Below, piece by piece: positions 19,554 through 29,617 of a DNA stretch of 64,000 bases; within the stretch, counting starts at the first letter, position 1, and each line of letters opens with the position of its first letter. The translations under genes and the position numbers were made by a program. The notes under the pieces are model-generated. The model had not been told where the DNA came from and made no database searches. It saw only the letters and a list, made by a program, of their open reading frames with translations. The stretch lies in assembly GCA_049472395.1 (NCBI GenBank), contig JBLIRR010000037.1, positions 20 through 64,019 on the forward strand, written 5' to 3'. This stretch comes from a bacterium. GTDB lineage: Bacteria; SZUA-182; DTGQ01; JBLIRR01.

Positions 19554-20992
19554 CCGAGTGATCGCAACCTCGCTTTGGTCTTCCTATCAATAATTATATA
19601 CGGGGAAGAGGAGGATGAGACGGCGGAATGACCGCCATAATGACGCACTGCGCACTCCAGTCTTCTCATCATCTCTTGTCTCATAGCCTGATATTCTTTT
19701 TGAAAAAAAAGATTATTTTCTTCATGAGTATCCTTCGCCAAATCGTATAATTCATGGTAGCCGTCACTGCTCCATATTAATTTCTTATTATCATGGATGA
19801 TACTTCTGAGTTGTCGTTTGAATTTCCGAATATTCTTGTTTTTTCTATCCTCTTCTTTAAAACATCGCAATGCTTGTTCGGGATAATAATACTCGCAGAA
19901 TACAATCTCTTCCTCCCCTCCCCTCTCTTTGAATAAATCATGTCCTTGAAAAAAATAATCATCGACACTCACATTCGCTCTCTTTAAGAGTGTAGGGAAT
20001 ATATCGGTTAATTGGACCGGAGCATATTCCTTTGAAGGACCATCAATGAGTTGCGGATCATGAATAATCAAGGGGATGCGTACTGCAGGTTCATAGAGGC
20101 AAAATACATGATCAACCAGATTATGATCCCCGATATTTTCTCCATGGTCTGAGGTTACTATAAACATAGTATTTTCCCACAGATTTCTCTTCTTGAGTTC
20201 TGTGATTATTTTCCCAATATAATAATCCACGTAAAGTATTTCTGCATCATAGAGTTTCTTCAGATGTGTGAGTTCTGCGTCTGAAAATTGTATCCTTCCG
20301 AGTAAATAATCTTGCCACCTGTTCGATTCACACGAAAGGATCGAATCTTGTAAAAACTGATTATAAAATTGTTGAGAGGAATCATAAGGAGCATGAGCTT
20401 CAATCAAATTAATAAAGATAAAGAAAGGTTTATTCTTATCCCTCTGTCTTAAGGACCGTTTCAGCAGACTAAATGCACTATTTTCTTCTGAAATCATGCA
20501 AGACAAAAGCAACCAAAAATCTTTTTTCCATGTCTCGTAATAGGTTGAAAATCCTTGATGGAAATTATACGGTTTTCCAAGCATTGGATTTTCTACAATG
20601 CCAATGGTCTCATAGCCTTCGCATGAGAGTACTTCTGCTAAGGTTGTTAATTGATCGCTCATTACCCAATATTCCTGTGATGTCTTATGGGAAATTGTAT
20701 AAAGACCCGTAAAAAGTGATGCATGTGCCGGCGAGGTCCAGCAGCTCGTTGAATAGGCATTGTAATATACTCGTGAGTTTCTTATGAGTTCATTTAAATG
20801 GGGCGTTGTTTCTCGCGAATATCCATAACATGATAAATGATCTTTGCGGACTGTATCCATAACAATCAGCATTATATTCGGTCCATCATTTTTTGCGATG
20901 AGACAATTTTTTTCCACAATTTTAAAAAGAATAATCACTGATATGCATGCTATGAGAGCGATTGTCCACAGTTTATTAGTAAATTTTTTCAT
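19520..20992 (-). CDS. Membrane-anchored alkaline-phosphatase-superfamily (sulfatase-like) enzyme
   Basis: N-terminal TM. Metal-site motifs IMLIVMDTVRKDH and VTSDHGENIGDH. The sulfatase signature position reads WTSPAH instead of C-x-P-x-R, so a Thr/Ser nucleophile is more likely than formylglycine (more LtaS/EptA-like than true sulfatase). Confidence 0.7.
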   Translation of the reverse strand: MKKFTNKLWTIALIACISVIILFKIVEKNCLIAKNDGPNIMLIVMDTVRKDHLSCYGYSRETTPHLNELIRNSRVYYNAYSTSCWTSPAHASLFTGLYTISHKTSQEYWVMSDQLTTLAEVLSCEGYETIGIVENPMLGKPYNFHQGFSTYYETWKKDFWLLLSCMISEENSAFSLLKRSLRQRDKNKPFFIFINLIEAHAPYDSSQQFYNQFLQDSILSCESNRWQDYLLGRIQFSDAELTHLKKLYDAEILYVDYYIGKIITELKKRNLWENTMFIVTSDHGENIGDHNLVDHVFCLYEPAVRIPLIIHDPQLIDGPSKEYAPVQLTDIFPTLLKRANVSVDDYFFQGHDLFKERGGEEEIVFCEYYYPEQALRCFKEEDRKNKNIRKFKRQLRSIIHDNKKLIWSSDGYHELYDLAKDTHEENNLFFQKEYQAMRQEMMRRLECAVRHYGGHSAVSSSSSPYIIIDRKTKARLRSLGYVATFPPGAR

Positions 20993-21174
20993 AGTACCCT
21001 ATAAATAACTTTTCTAGGGGTATTGACAATTCGATAAAATTGATTGTTTGATTTATTGAATAAATAATTGAGTAATTAAAGTAGGTATCTATAAAAATTA
21101 TAATACATTTGCTCTGAACCATGCAACCGGCAGAGTAAAAAATAATAATAAAAAATTTTTGAAAAGAATTCATA

Positions 21175-21235
21175 TGGTCTTTTTTTGCGATTCCGATAAA
21201 AGCGATGATGAGGGCAATCCGTTTGTGCCGTGTCA
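21175..21235 (+). pseudogene. Short gene fragment paralogous to lipoprotein gene 14170..15546
   Basis: TTTTTTGCGATTCCGATAAAAGCGATGATGAGGGCAATCCG at 21181..21221 matches TTTTTGCGATACCGATGAAAGCGATGATGAGAGCAATCCC at 14414..14453. The fragment encodes VFFCDSDKSDDEGNPF and the gene has VYFCDTDESDDESNPY. Confidence 0.5.
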
Positions 21236-21350
21236 AAATTCCGTCATAAAATAATATCAATGACTTATATAGCTGCCAATATAGACTGAGAAAATTCCGA
21301 TAGATATAATGGAAATTAAAAATATTATTTAAACCATTTTAAGGGGAGTT

Positions 21351-21590
21351 ATGGATATGAACCATTTTAAGCTAATATTAAGATTATTTTTTCCCCTTAT
21401 ATTCATTTGTTTAGTTTTCCCTATAAGGGCGTATGCGTATCTTGACCTTGGAAGTGCCAGCTATCTCTTGCAATTATTCCTGGCCAGTTTATTTGCGGGA
21501 TTGTTTCTCCTGAAAATGTACTGGAGAAAAATTGTGTCTTTTATTAGAAATCGACTTTATAACAAGAGAAATGGACAAATTGAAAAATAA
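21351..21590 (+). CDS. Small membrane protein
   Basis: RBS AGGGGAG. Two hydrophobic helices (LILRLFFPLIFICLVFPI and LLQLFLASLFAGLFLL). Confidence 0.4.
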   Translation: MDMNHFKLILRLFFPLIFICLVFPIRAYAYLDLGSASYLLQLFLASLFAGLFLLKMYWRKIVSFIRNRLYNKRNGQIEK

Positions 21591-22974
21591 TAACGGAAGG
21601 ATCTTCAGCTCCTTCCGGGATCCAAGTGGATACCTTTTTCATCGAAGTAATGCAATTTATCGTCAAGTAAACATTACTTATAAGGAAAATTATGATCATC
21701 TGATGAATTCAGGTCTTTATAAATCTTTAATAGAGAGTGAGTTGTTAATTTCTCATGAAGAAGTTGATATCGGATATGCTTTATCTAATAATGCCTACAA
21801 AATAATTAAACCGGAGCTAATAACTTTTATCTCATATCCTTATGAATGGTGTTTTGATCAGTTGAAGGATGCAGCATTAACTACACTTAAGATTCAAAAA
21901 AAATCATTAGATTTTGGAATGTCCTTAAAAGATTGCAGTGCCTACAATATACAATTTAAAAAAGGAAAATCTATATTTATAGATACACTTTCTTTTGAGA
22001 AATATCAGGAAGGGTGTCCCTGGAATGCTTATAGGCAGTTCTGTCAACATTTTCTCGCCCCTCTGGCTCTCATGAGTTATAAAGATATTCGACTAAATCA
22101 ATTATTACGAATTTATATAGATGGAATTCCTCTAAATTTGTCAAGTAAGCTTCTTCCATTTAGCTCTTACTTTGTTTTTTCACTATTTTCTCATATTCAC
22201 TTACACGCTCAATGTCAAAAATACTTTGCATATAAACCTATAAAAAAAAGAAGCCGCCGTAAAATAAGTCAGATAGCGTTATTAGGACTTGTTGAGAGCT
22301 TAGAATCTTGTGTAAAAAATTTAAAGTGGCGCCCTAAAAAGACAGAATGGTGCAACTATTATGATAATACTAATTATTCATGTGATTCCTTTAACCATAA
22401 AAAACAACTAGTAGCGGAGTTTTTTGATAAGATTAATCCAAAAATAGTGTGGGATCTTGGTGCAAACATCGGATCATTTAGTCGCATCGCAGCTAATAAA
22501 GGGACCCAAGTAATCTCTGTTGATAATGATCCCGTCTGCATTGAAAATAATTATCTTGAAAACAAAAAAAAAGGTGAGACTAATATTTTACCTTTGTTGC
22601 TGGATTTGACTAATCCAAGTTCTAGTATTGGCTGGGAAAATCAGGAAAGAATCTCTTTTATTGAGCGTGGTCCTGCTGACACAGTGCTTGCCTTGGCTTT
22701 AATTCATCATTTGGCTATTGTCAACAACCTCCCATTAAATATAATCGCAAAATTCTTTAATGGTATTTGTAATTCACTCATTATTGAATTCGTGCCAAAA
22801 TGCGACTCTCAGGTTCAGAGACTCTTATCAACGAGAGAAGATATTTTCCCCGGGTATACCCAAACTGCTTTTGAAAATGAATTTAGTAAATTCTTTATTA
22901 AAAAGGATTCTTCTAAAATCAGAGATACAAAAAGAATTCTATATCTTATGGTAAAGAAGAATAATAATCCATGA
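21571..22974 (+). CDS. Class I SAM-dependent methyltransferase with uncharacterised N-terminal domain
   Basis: Motif I VWDLGANIGSFS and post-I acidic VISVDND in the C-terminal half. Confidence 0.6.
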   Translation: MDKLKNNNGRIFSSFRDPSGYLFHRSNAIYRQVNITYKENYDHLMNSGLYKSLIESELLISHEEVDIGYALSNNAYKIIKPELITFISYPYEWCFDQLKDAALTTLKIQKKSLDFGMSLKDCSAYNIQFKKGKSIFIDTLSFEKYQEGCPWNAYRQFCQHFLAPLALMSYKDIRLNQLLRIYIDGIPLNLSSKLLPFSSYFVFSLFSHIHLHAQCQKYFAYKPIKKRSRRKISQIALLGLVESLESCVKNLKWRPKKTEWCNYYDNTNYSCDSFNHKKQLVAEFFDKINPKIVWDLGANIGSFSRIAANKGTQVISVDNDPVCIENNYLENKKKGETNILPLLLDLTNPSSSIGWENQERISFIERGPADTVLALALIHHLAIVNNLPLNIIAKFFNGICNSLIIEFVPKCDSQVQRLLSTREDIFPGYTQTAFENEFSKFFIKKDSSKIRDTKRILYLMVKKNNNP

Positions 22975-24806
22975 AGAAATCATTTATTATTCATCCTATA
23001 TTATTTGCCATCTTTCCTATTCTCTTTCTTTTTACTCACAATATACATCAAGTTAAATTAAATGAGATTTTCATCCCAATAGTAATCACCGTATGCTTTT
23101 CATTGGCTTTTTGGAGTTTATTAAAATTGTTTTTATTCAAGGATAAGCATTTGGCAGGTTTAGTAGTATCTCTCTTCCTTTTATTATTTTTTTCATATGG
23201 TCATTTTTCTAATGCAATTAATGGGTTCCCTCAGACTATAGGAGTGATTATCATTACCGACAAATGCTTTTTAATTGTATGCGTTTTAATTTTTCTCATA
23301 GGCGTTTATTTTTTTAAAAAGATCCCAAAAAAATTACCTAATATTACCAAAATTTTAAACATAATTTCTTTTACCCTAATATTTTTTTCTTTAATACAGA
23401 TTGGTGGTTATAAAATTAAATCTTGTACAATTTGGCAAAATAATAAACCTCTCCAAATGGATAAAGAACAATCTCAAGTACTTAAAAAAAATAATGGCCT
23501 ATATCCGAATATATTCTTTATTATCTTAGATGCATATGCTGGAGCAGAGATTCTTAATGAAATATATGAATATCAAAATAATGATCTTATTGATTATTTG
23601 GCTCAAAAAGGCTTTTATATTGCCAATAAATCTAGGTCAAATTATTATCAAACTAGTCTATCACTGGCCTCTAACTTGAATCTTGATTATCTCGATAACT
23701 TATTTGAACAAAACAAAATTAAATTTAAAAGTCTTAAGTTAATGACAAATATGATAAAAAATAATAAGGTATTTCATTTTTTAAGACAGTATGGATATAA
23801 GATTATAGCGTTTTCATCCGGATGTCCCGAAACAGAGATAGATAATGCTGATATTTATTTATCCCCACAATGGAATTTAAGTGAATTTCAAAATGAATTT
23901 ATAAATACTACTCCTATTCCAACAATGCTAAACATCCTAAAAATTGATTTGCAGACTAATTTACATAGAAAAAAAATACTATATATCTTTGATCATCTTA
24001 GTGATATATCTAATCAAGATTCTCCCTTTTTTGTTTTTGCCCATATTAAAGCACCTCATCCCCCTTTTGTATTCGATCGATGTGGAGAAAAAATTAACCT
24101 TGAGGAAAAATTCTCAGGTGACGATGGTAGCTGGCTTATACGAAAAGGAAGATTTACAAGAACCCAATATATAAAAAGTTATATAGATCAACTTATCTTT
24201 ATTAATAATAAAATTAAAATAACTATAGATGCGATATTATCTAATGCAAAAACACCCCCCATCATTATTCTCCAGGGGGACCATGGTCCTCGATCTATGT
24301 TTATCTGGGGAGATACAGACATGACCCATCATAAAGAATGTTTCTCCATTTTAAATGCCTATTATTTTCCCGATAAAAGCTATGCTTCTTTATATGATGA
24401 AATAACTTCCGTGAATACATTTAGAATAGTAATGAACCAATATTTTAGTGGCAATTATGAGATATTAGAAGATAAAAGTTATTTTTCAATCCCCAAGTCT
24501 TTTTTTAGATTTATCAATGTAGATGATAAAATCCAAAATCCTGACTATGCAAATGTACATATACTTAAGGGAACATCTCTACTCTGGGAGCAGGAGTTTC
24601 AAAAGGCTATTATTCATTTCTCCGCCGCTCTTCAACTTGAGCCCAATAATGCAATTGCTCATAATAATTTAGGATATGCATTGGCTAATCAAGGCGATCT
24701 TAAGCAAGCCTATACCCACTTTGCTGAAGCAGTGCGCCTTAAGCCAGATTTTGAGTTTGCACGTAAGAATTTAGAGCTTTTTTCACGAATGTTGGATAGA
24801 GAATAA
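22971..24806 (+). CDS. Polytopic membrane protein with alkaline-phosphatase-superfamily (LtaS/EptA/sulfatase-like) domain and C-terminal TPR
   Basis: Five to six N-terminal TM helices. Motifs IFFIILDAYAG and ILQGDHGP. C-terminal TPRs (AIAHNNLGYALANQGDLKQAYTHFAEAVRLKPDF). Confidence 0.6.
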   Translation: MKKSFIIHPILFAIFPILFLFTHNIHQVKLNEIFIPIVITVCFSLAFWSLLKLFLFKDKHLAGLVVSLFLLLFFSYGHFSNAINGFPQTIGVIIITDKCFLIVCVLIFLIGVYFFKKIPKKLPNITKILNIISFTLIFFSLIQIGGYKIKSCTIWQNNKPLQMDKEQSQVLKKNNGLYPNIFFIILDAYAGAEILNEIYEYQNNDLIDYLAQKGFYIANKSRSNYYQTSLSLASNLNLDYLDNLFEQNKIKFKSLKLMTNMIKNNKVFHFLRQYGYKIIAFSSGCPETEIDNADIYLSPQWNLSEFQNEFINTTPIPTMLNILKIDLQTNLHRKKILYIFDHLSDISNQDSPFFVFAHIKAPHPPFVFDRCGEKINLEEKFSGDDGSWLIRKGRFTRTQYIKSYIDQLIFINNKIKITIDAILSNAKTPPIIILQGDHGPRSMFIWGDTDMTHHKECFSILNAYYFPDKSYASLYDEITSVNTFRIVMNQYFSGNYEILEDKSYFSIPKSFFRFINVDDKIQNPDYANVHILKGTSLLWEQEFQKAIIHFSAALQLEPNNAIAHNNLGYALANQGDLKQAYTHFAEAVRLKPDFEFARKNLELFSRMLDRE

Positions 24807-25317
24807 GTGAAATAGGTCACGGCGTATAACAAAGCCCCCTTAATTTCGCTTTATCTAAATATCTGACCAAAAGGAATATATAATAGAAGACTTCGATTTA
24901 TAGGGATCTGAACAATTCCCGAAATGGACGCTTTTCGCCTCATGAACTACAATTACTGCATGTAGTGGGAACGAAGATCGATACAACCATTTTTGAAGAC
25001 AGGACTATTAAAAAGATCAAAAATATGTTTAAGAGTAAGGATTAAGGGACGATCCCTCGAAAAGAATTCATCAGAAGAATGGGTCTGCAGTCTGACAAAT
25101 TTATTTATATATCATCGCGATAGTGGGCAGACATCGGAGGAAATCGGGAATCGATATAAGTTATAGGTGAATCTGCTATATAATCCAGGCGTGTCGTCAT
25201 TCACCAACCAGTCGGGGAGTTGTTATAAAATCTTACAGAATAAAATTGATTAAATGATTGATAAAATTAATTTGTCAAGAGTGTAGACCTCACACACTCT
25301 TTCCCTGCTTTATATGA

Positions 25318-25653
25318 TTAGTCCAGCGCACGAAATTCTCCGGTTTCTTCGATAATAACCGGATAGCCTTCGACCCTTGACGGTATCTTATCTCGTACTT
25401 CCTTTGGTTTTGAGGATGTAAAAATCTTGATACAGGGTTTACCATCGAAAAGCCCGATTGCAGTGCCCTCGACCCCGGGAATGGCCATCCAGCCATCCGT
25501 GTGTTCTTCTTGCACCTGCTCGATAGTTCGCTCCGACATATGCCGTCCTTTCTCAATGCCGCTGGGACCGGTATAAGAACCGCAGCCGGTAAGAATACCG
25601 GCTGCGGTTATAGCACAAATGTTCAGCAGAACAATTAAGATCCACCTGACCAT
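25318..25653 (-). CDS. Small lipoprotein homologous to the N-terminal domain of the adjacent protease
   Basis: Lipobox LTGCGS. TIEQVQEEHTDGWMAIPGVEGTAIGLFDGKPCIKIFT aligns with RVIEVQERNTDRLMAMDGVEGTAIGVGQNGQLAIRVFT of ORF 25733..27340. Confidence 0.55.
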   Translation of the reverse strand: MVRWILIVLLNICAITAAGILTGCGSYTGPSGIEKGRHMSERTIEQVQEEHTDGWMAIPGVEGTAIGLFDGKPCIKIFTSSKPKEVRDKIPSRVEGYPVIIEETGEFRALD

Positions 25654-25732
25654 TGGCAGGTCTCTGTTCTTTCAACTCTTAATTAAGGAAAGCAACTGCT
25701 AGGCCTGCTTTCTGAAAATCATACTTGACTCA

Positions 25733-27340
25733 TTACTTATCATAACTGTTCGTTGGAGTAATCCCGTCCCATTCTAGTACTCCGGCTATCACATCGGTGA
25801 CTTTCGTCGTGTATGTGCCGGACGGTGCGTTCGCGGCTTTAAAGGTTACAGTGCCATCCGATCCTGTTGTACCGGTTCCGGAACCATATAACGACTTGTT
25901 ACGATAAAGCTCAATTGAAACGGATGCACCTTCCACTACGTTTCCAAGGTCATCCAAGAGAGCAACGGTTATCAAAAGATGTCTGCCTCTGCCTTCAGTG
26001 CTGTACTTAATAGAAACAACGCTTACGGCTGTTGGTTCTGCCGGCGGCGTTCCCACGGTGATACTGACGGAGTCGCTTCCGGTTTTGCCGCCTGAGTCGG
26101 TCACCGAGGCGGTGATCGTATGCATTCCCTCGCTCAATGTCCCAGAGACGCTGCCCCCTTGACCTATCTCCCCATCGATGCTGGATGTCCAGACCAGACT
26201 TGCTGAGAGGTCCCCATCCTCGTTGTCCATGGCCTCTCCTTCGAAGGTGATTACTTCCGAAGAGTCAAATGTAGTACCATCATTAGGGCTTATAATACTA
26301 ACTACCGGTGCCACATTCACAGTAGGCTCTTCACCGTCAACGGTCACATTGAACGCAGCGAGTACCAGGTCAATCCTATTGGCGACCGTGATCGTTGAGC
26401 TGCCGGCAAATAGCAATCCAACCGGGTTGAGATAGTCATCATCGGTAACAATCAGCGAACCAGAGTCGCCTCCCAAGCTAAAATCTCCTGGTTCGATTAT
26501 GATCTGATTCACAAATCTCGCCGTCTTGCCGACGCCGTAGCTGATGTTGACGGTGGCATTGACGCCCGTAACTTCCCCTTTGGTCAGTTTAGTTGTTCGC
26601 CCGAATTTCTGTACTTTCTGACCAATTGAGGCCCCGACGATGGTCGAGTTGGGTGTTCCATAACCACCTTCGGATGTGGGTGTGGTAGTGCCCACCTTTT
26701 CGGTATCCGTCAGAGCGATGGCCGCATCGATTACGTTTTTGGCCCTGCGGCTGAACACGATCGGCTCGAAATCGAAAAGCGTACCGATGACATCAGTCTC
26801 AACGTTACCACCATCAAACGGACCTGGTTGAATGACAGAGTCACCGATTGAAGCTTCATTCGAGTTCGCATACACATGATTGTTACTGAGGGCGTAAACT
26901 ATCTCACCATCGTCTCTACTACCATTATTATTATCATCATCATACACCCTGCACCCGATCGTTCCGGCAGTGATATCTGGGTGGCCGGTCGAAACCCCTA
27001 TCGGGACAGGTCGTTCATACCTTTCCGTAGTGAGAGCGTAAATTTTGCCCGTGATTACGACCTGGACAGGGACGCCGTCGAGCTGTTGAGGAATACCGCG
27101 AACTCCCGGACCGGCTGTAAAGACCCTGATAGCCAATTGGCCGTTCTGGCCAACCCCAATGGCAGTGCCCTCGACGCCATCCATTGCCATAAGCCGGTCG
27201 GTATTTCTTTCCTGGACTTCTATGACGCGGTCAAAGGCCCAATCCCTATTACCCTGGGCTGATAGGACGCCCGAAAGAACCATCAGTCCGAAAATGGTGA
27301 CAATTACTAATAGTACTTTACAAAAAATTTTTTTTGTCAT
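25733..27340 (-). CDS. Secreted S1-family (chymotrypsin/alpha-lytic-type) serine protease with N-terminal pro-like domain and C-terminal Ig-like and beta-sandwich domains
   Basis: Signal peptide. His in ...SNNHVYAN..., catalytic Ser in GGDSGSLIV. Ig-like domain (...VVSIISPNDGTTFDSSEVITFEGEAMDNEDGDL...HTITASVTDSGG) similar to the one in ORF 42059..44305. Confidence 0.7.
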   Translation of the reverse strand: MTKKIFCKVLLVIVTIFGLMVLSGVLSAQGNRDWAFDRVIEVQERNTDRLMAMDGVEGTAIGVGQNGQLAIRVFTAGPGVRGIPQQLDGVPVQVVITGKIYALTTERYERPVPIGVSTGHPDITAGTIGCRVYDDDNNNGSRDDGEIVYALSNNHVYANSNEASIGDSVIQPGPFDGGNVETDVIGTLFDFEPIVFSRRAKNVIDAAIALTDTEKVGTTTPTSEGGYGTPNSTIVGASIGQKVQKFGRTTKLTKGEVTGVNATVNISYGVGKTARFVNQIIIEPGDFSLGGDSGSLIVTDDDYLNPVGLLFAGSSTITVANRIDLVLAAFNVTVDGEEPTVNVAPVVSIISPNDGTTFDSSEVITFEGEAMDNEDGDLSASLVWTSSIDGEIGQGGSVSGTLSEGMHTITASVTDSGGKTGSDSVSITVGTPPAEPTAVSVVSIKYSTEGRGRHLLITVALLDDLGNVVEGASVSIELYRNKSLYGSGTGTTGSDGTVTFKAANAPSGTYTTKVTDVIAGVLEWDGITPTNSYDK

Positions 27341-27529
27341 ATAAAATTCTCCTCTATTTTATAAAAAATTTTTTTTCATTTCTCATAAGTGATAATAATT
27401 TTTTATTGCCCTACTAAGATTGCCTTTTTTATCACCTCCTTAAATAATTTTTCTAAGCATCATGCGACAGAACTTTGATATCAGCCACTTTGTCTTGTAG
27501 GTCTTCCCATCCGGAAATATTTTCAAGGT

Positions 27530-27860
27530 CTAAAGGTGTACCCTCGTTGCAAGTTGACGGGCAGTGTCCTGACTTATCCCAAAAATCCGGTCCCGCAATT
27601 TTAATGCCTCTATCACTAAAATATGGGGAACATTCCTCCAATCAACTGGATCAGGAGGTTCCTCCGCCACTCCAGATGTCACCGCAGTCTCATCCTCCGC
27701 AGCTCCCATCTCCGGTCTTTCGTTAAATAATAAACCGCTCAATGCCTTCCTTTCTTCATGAGACATCCTTGAAATGGAGGTCTCACCGCCTGTCCATTCG
27801 GCCCCCTTTGCTTTTATAGCCTTTCTGATCTCTGCCAGCTCCCCGGCTTGGTCAGCCCTT
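27530..27860 (-). CDS. Hypothetical protein (about 110 aa), possibly HTH-containing
   Basis: The long ORF extends upstream of the track ORF to an ATG at 27860 (MNKRADQAGELAEIRKAIKAKGAEW...). GC content is higher than the flanks. No RBS. Overlaps a competing ORF 27453..27641. Confidence 0.3.
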
Positions 27861-28727
27861 TTTTATTCATATGAAATATATTTTACATCTATTTTTTCAA
27901 ATTAACATTAGCCCATCATATTTTCTCTCTTTTATTGTTAACCAAATTATTCTTTAAGTATAAATAGTTCCAGATGATTTTTTATAATATTTTTTTATAA
28001 TGATATCTATCCCTTTTTCATTATTCTCATAAAAGAGTGGGGTGCCACCCATATACATAGTACCTTTAGAATCCCCGTATTATTAAGATCGTTCTTTTTA
28101 ATTCACCTATCTATACGTACTTTGAGACACGTACTTTGAGACTCTCATCTATTTATATGTTTATATCAGCTGTGAATCTATCCTTGTCAGTACTTCTTGA
28201 TAGAGATATATTCTGTTTCTCATAAATTCTTTCTGAATTGAATGCTTTATTAGAAGTAGGGGATATGGATTGACGAAAAGATAAAGAAAAGATTGCAATT
28301 ATAAAAAAAACTGTTATTAATATTATAGTGAATAAATCTGGAAAAAGATTTATTATATGAATAAACATGAAAAATAAAATCTTTAACTGATTAATATTTA
28401 ATATAAATCTGATGTGCTTTAATTATAAGCAATAATCATTAATTTGTCAATATAAATATTTATTTTTTTTAATACAGTTACTTATTGCCTTGAAGTGATT
28501 AGCTTTATGACAATTCAAAATCGGACATCACAAAGATGATTAGGATATTGGTCTTAATCATCAGGGACAGGTTAATATACATTCTTAGGTGTCATTGAAA
28601 TCTGAAATAAGGAGATCGATTATTTTGAACGGCAAAAAATACTAACAAATAGTATAAGCAATAAGTCTTAAGAGAGAGAAAACTTCTTTATTGAAAAGGC
28701 ACTTTTAAGGAATTATAATAAATTCTT

Positions 28728-29366
28728 ATGCAGCATACACATTTTTTAAAAAAGCGTGGTCATTTTCTTTTATTACTATTTTTTGTGATGCTTATCGTGT
28801 ATTCCCCATTTCATACACTCCAGGCTAAGGAAAAAGAAAATGAAAATATTCTTAGCAAGGAGAAAAAAATCTATTTCACCCTACGATTAGGGCAGGGGGG
28901 ATTTTCTGATGATCGGTCAGATCTTGGTGTATTAGGGGGTGGCCAAATTGCACTGGATATCAAATCACATAAATTTCCCATTGCCATTTCGATTTCTAGT
29001 GAATATTACACAAATAGCCCGAACCCAACCCATTCTTATGAAATAGCCGATTTAACGGCATATAATTTACTTTATATGACAAAACCATTTAAACACGAAA
29101 GGGTAAATGTTTTCCTGGGAGGAGGTTTTGGCTGGCTCCAAGTCCCTAAAGGCGAAGAAGAACCTGCGGCCAGGGTACAGGGCTTTCTCTATAACCTCGA
29201 GGCGGGAATAAATGTGCGATTATTCTGGAAGATTGGTTTCTATTGTATAGGCAAGTACCTCTATGCGCAGAAGGAAAGGAATAACATAAAAGTAATTGAT
29301 TTCAGCGAGCATATTTTTCTCCTAGGGCTTACTTTCAACTTTGGTTTATTTGATAAAGCCGGGTAA
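28728..29366 (+). CDS. Outer-membrane beta-barrel family protein
   Basis: Signal peptide. Beta-strand alternation. C-terminal ...LLGLTFNFGLF. Confidence 0.5.
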   Translation: MQHTHFLKKRGHFLLLLFFVMLIVYSPFHTLQAKEKENENILSKEKKIYFTLRLGQGGFSDDRSDLGVLGGGQIALDIKSHKFPIAISISSEYYTNSPNPTHSYEIADLTAYNLLYMTKPFKHERVNVFLGGGFGWLQVPKGEEEPAARVQGFLYNLEAGINVRLFWKIGFYCIGKYLYAQKERNNIKVIDFSEHIFLLGLTFNFGLFDKAG

Positions 29367-29467
29367 GATGAAACGGATCATAGCCAACTGATGACACTGT
29401 GAATGTCTTACCATCCAATCAATCTTCTTTTTTAGAATCATCCGGCAACTTGGCAGAAGGAGCTAAA

Positions 29468-29507
29468 TCCACTATTAAGCTCTCTCATTTTCATATGCGT
29501 ATCTATG
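29468..29507. repeat. About 40-bp intergenic repeat, copy 2
   Basis: Matches 15623..15662 with 3 mismatches. Confidence 0.6.
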
Positions 29508-29617
29508 AAAAAAAATTTATTTCTCTCGTCTTTTGATCGATTTAAATATCGTAGTATTTATTGAGGTACTTTAATAAAACTCGCTAACATTTTAAATGAC
29601 CGAAAAAGGAGAGACTT

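Noticed and set aside
21532-21570. Start of the methyltransferase ORF at 21532 (MCLLLEIDF...)
   Set aside because: It lies inside the upstream small-protein gene. The ATG at 21571 (MDKLKNNNGR...) is more plausible.
24807-25317. tRNA or other small RNA gene in the 510-bp intergenic region
   Set aside because: No cloverleaf-compatible sequence or conserved tRNA boxes were seen. Only a weak hairpin lies 3' of gene 25318..25653.
27453-27641. ORF 27453..27641 (-)
   Set aside because: It competes with the longer overlapping ORF 27530..27860 and has no independent support.
28116-28148. Tandem ACGTACTTTGAGAC x2
   Set aside because: It is a minor 2-unit tandem duplication in AT-rich spacer with no evidence of function.
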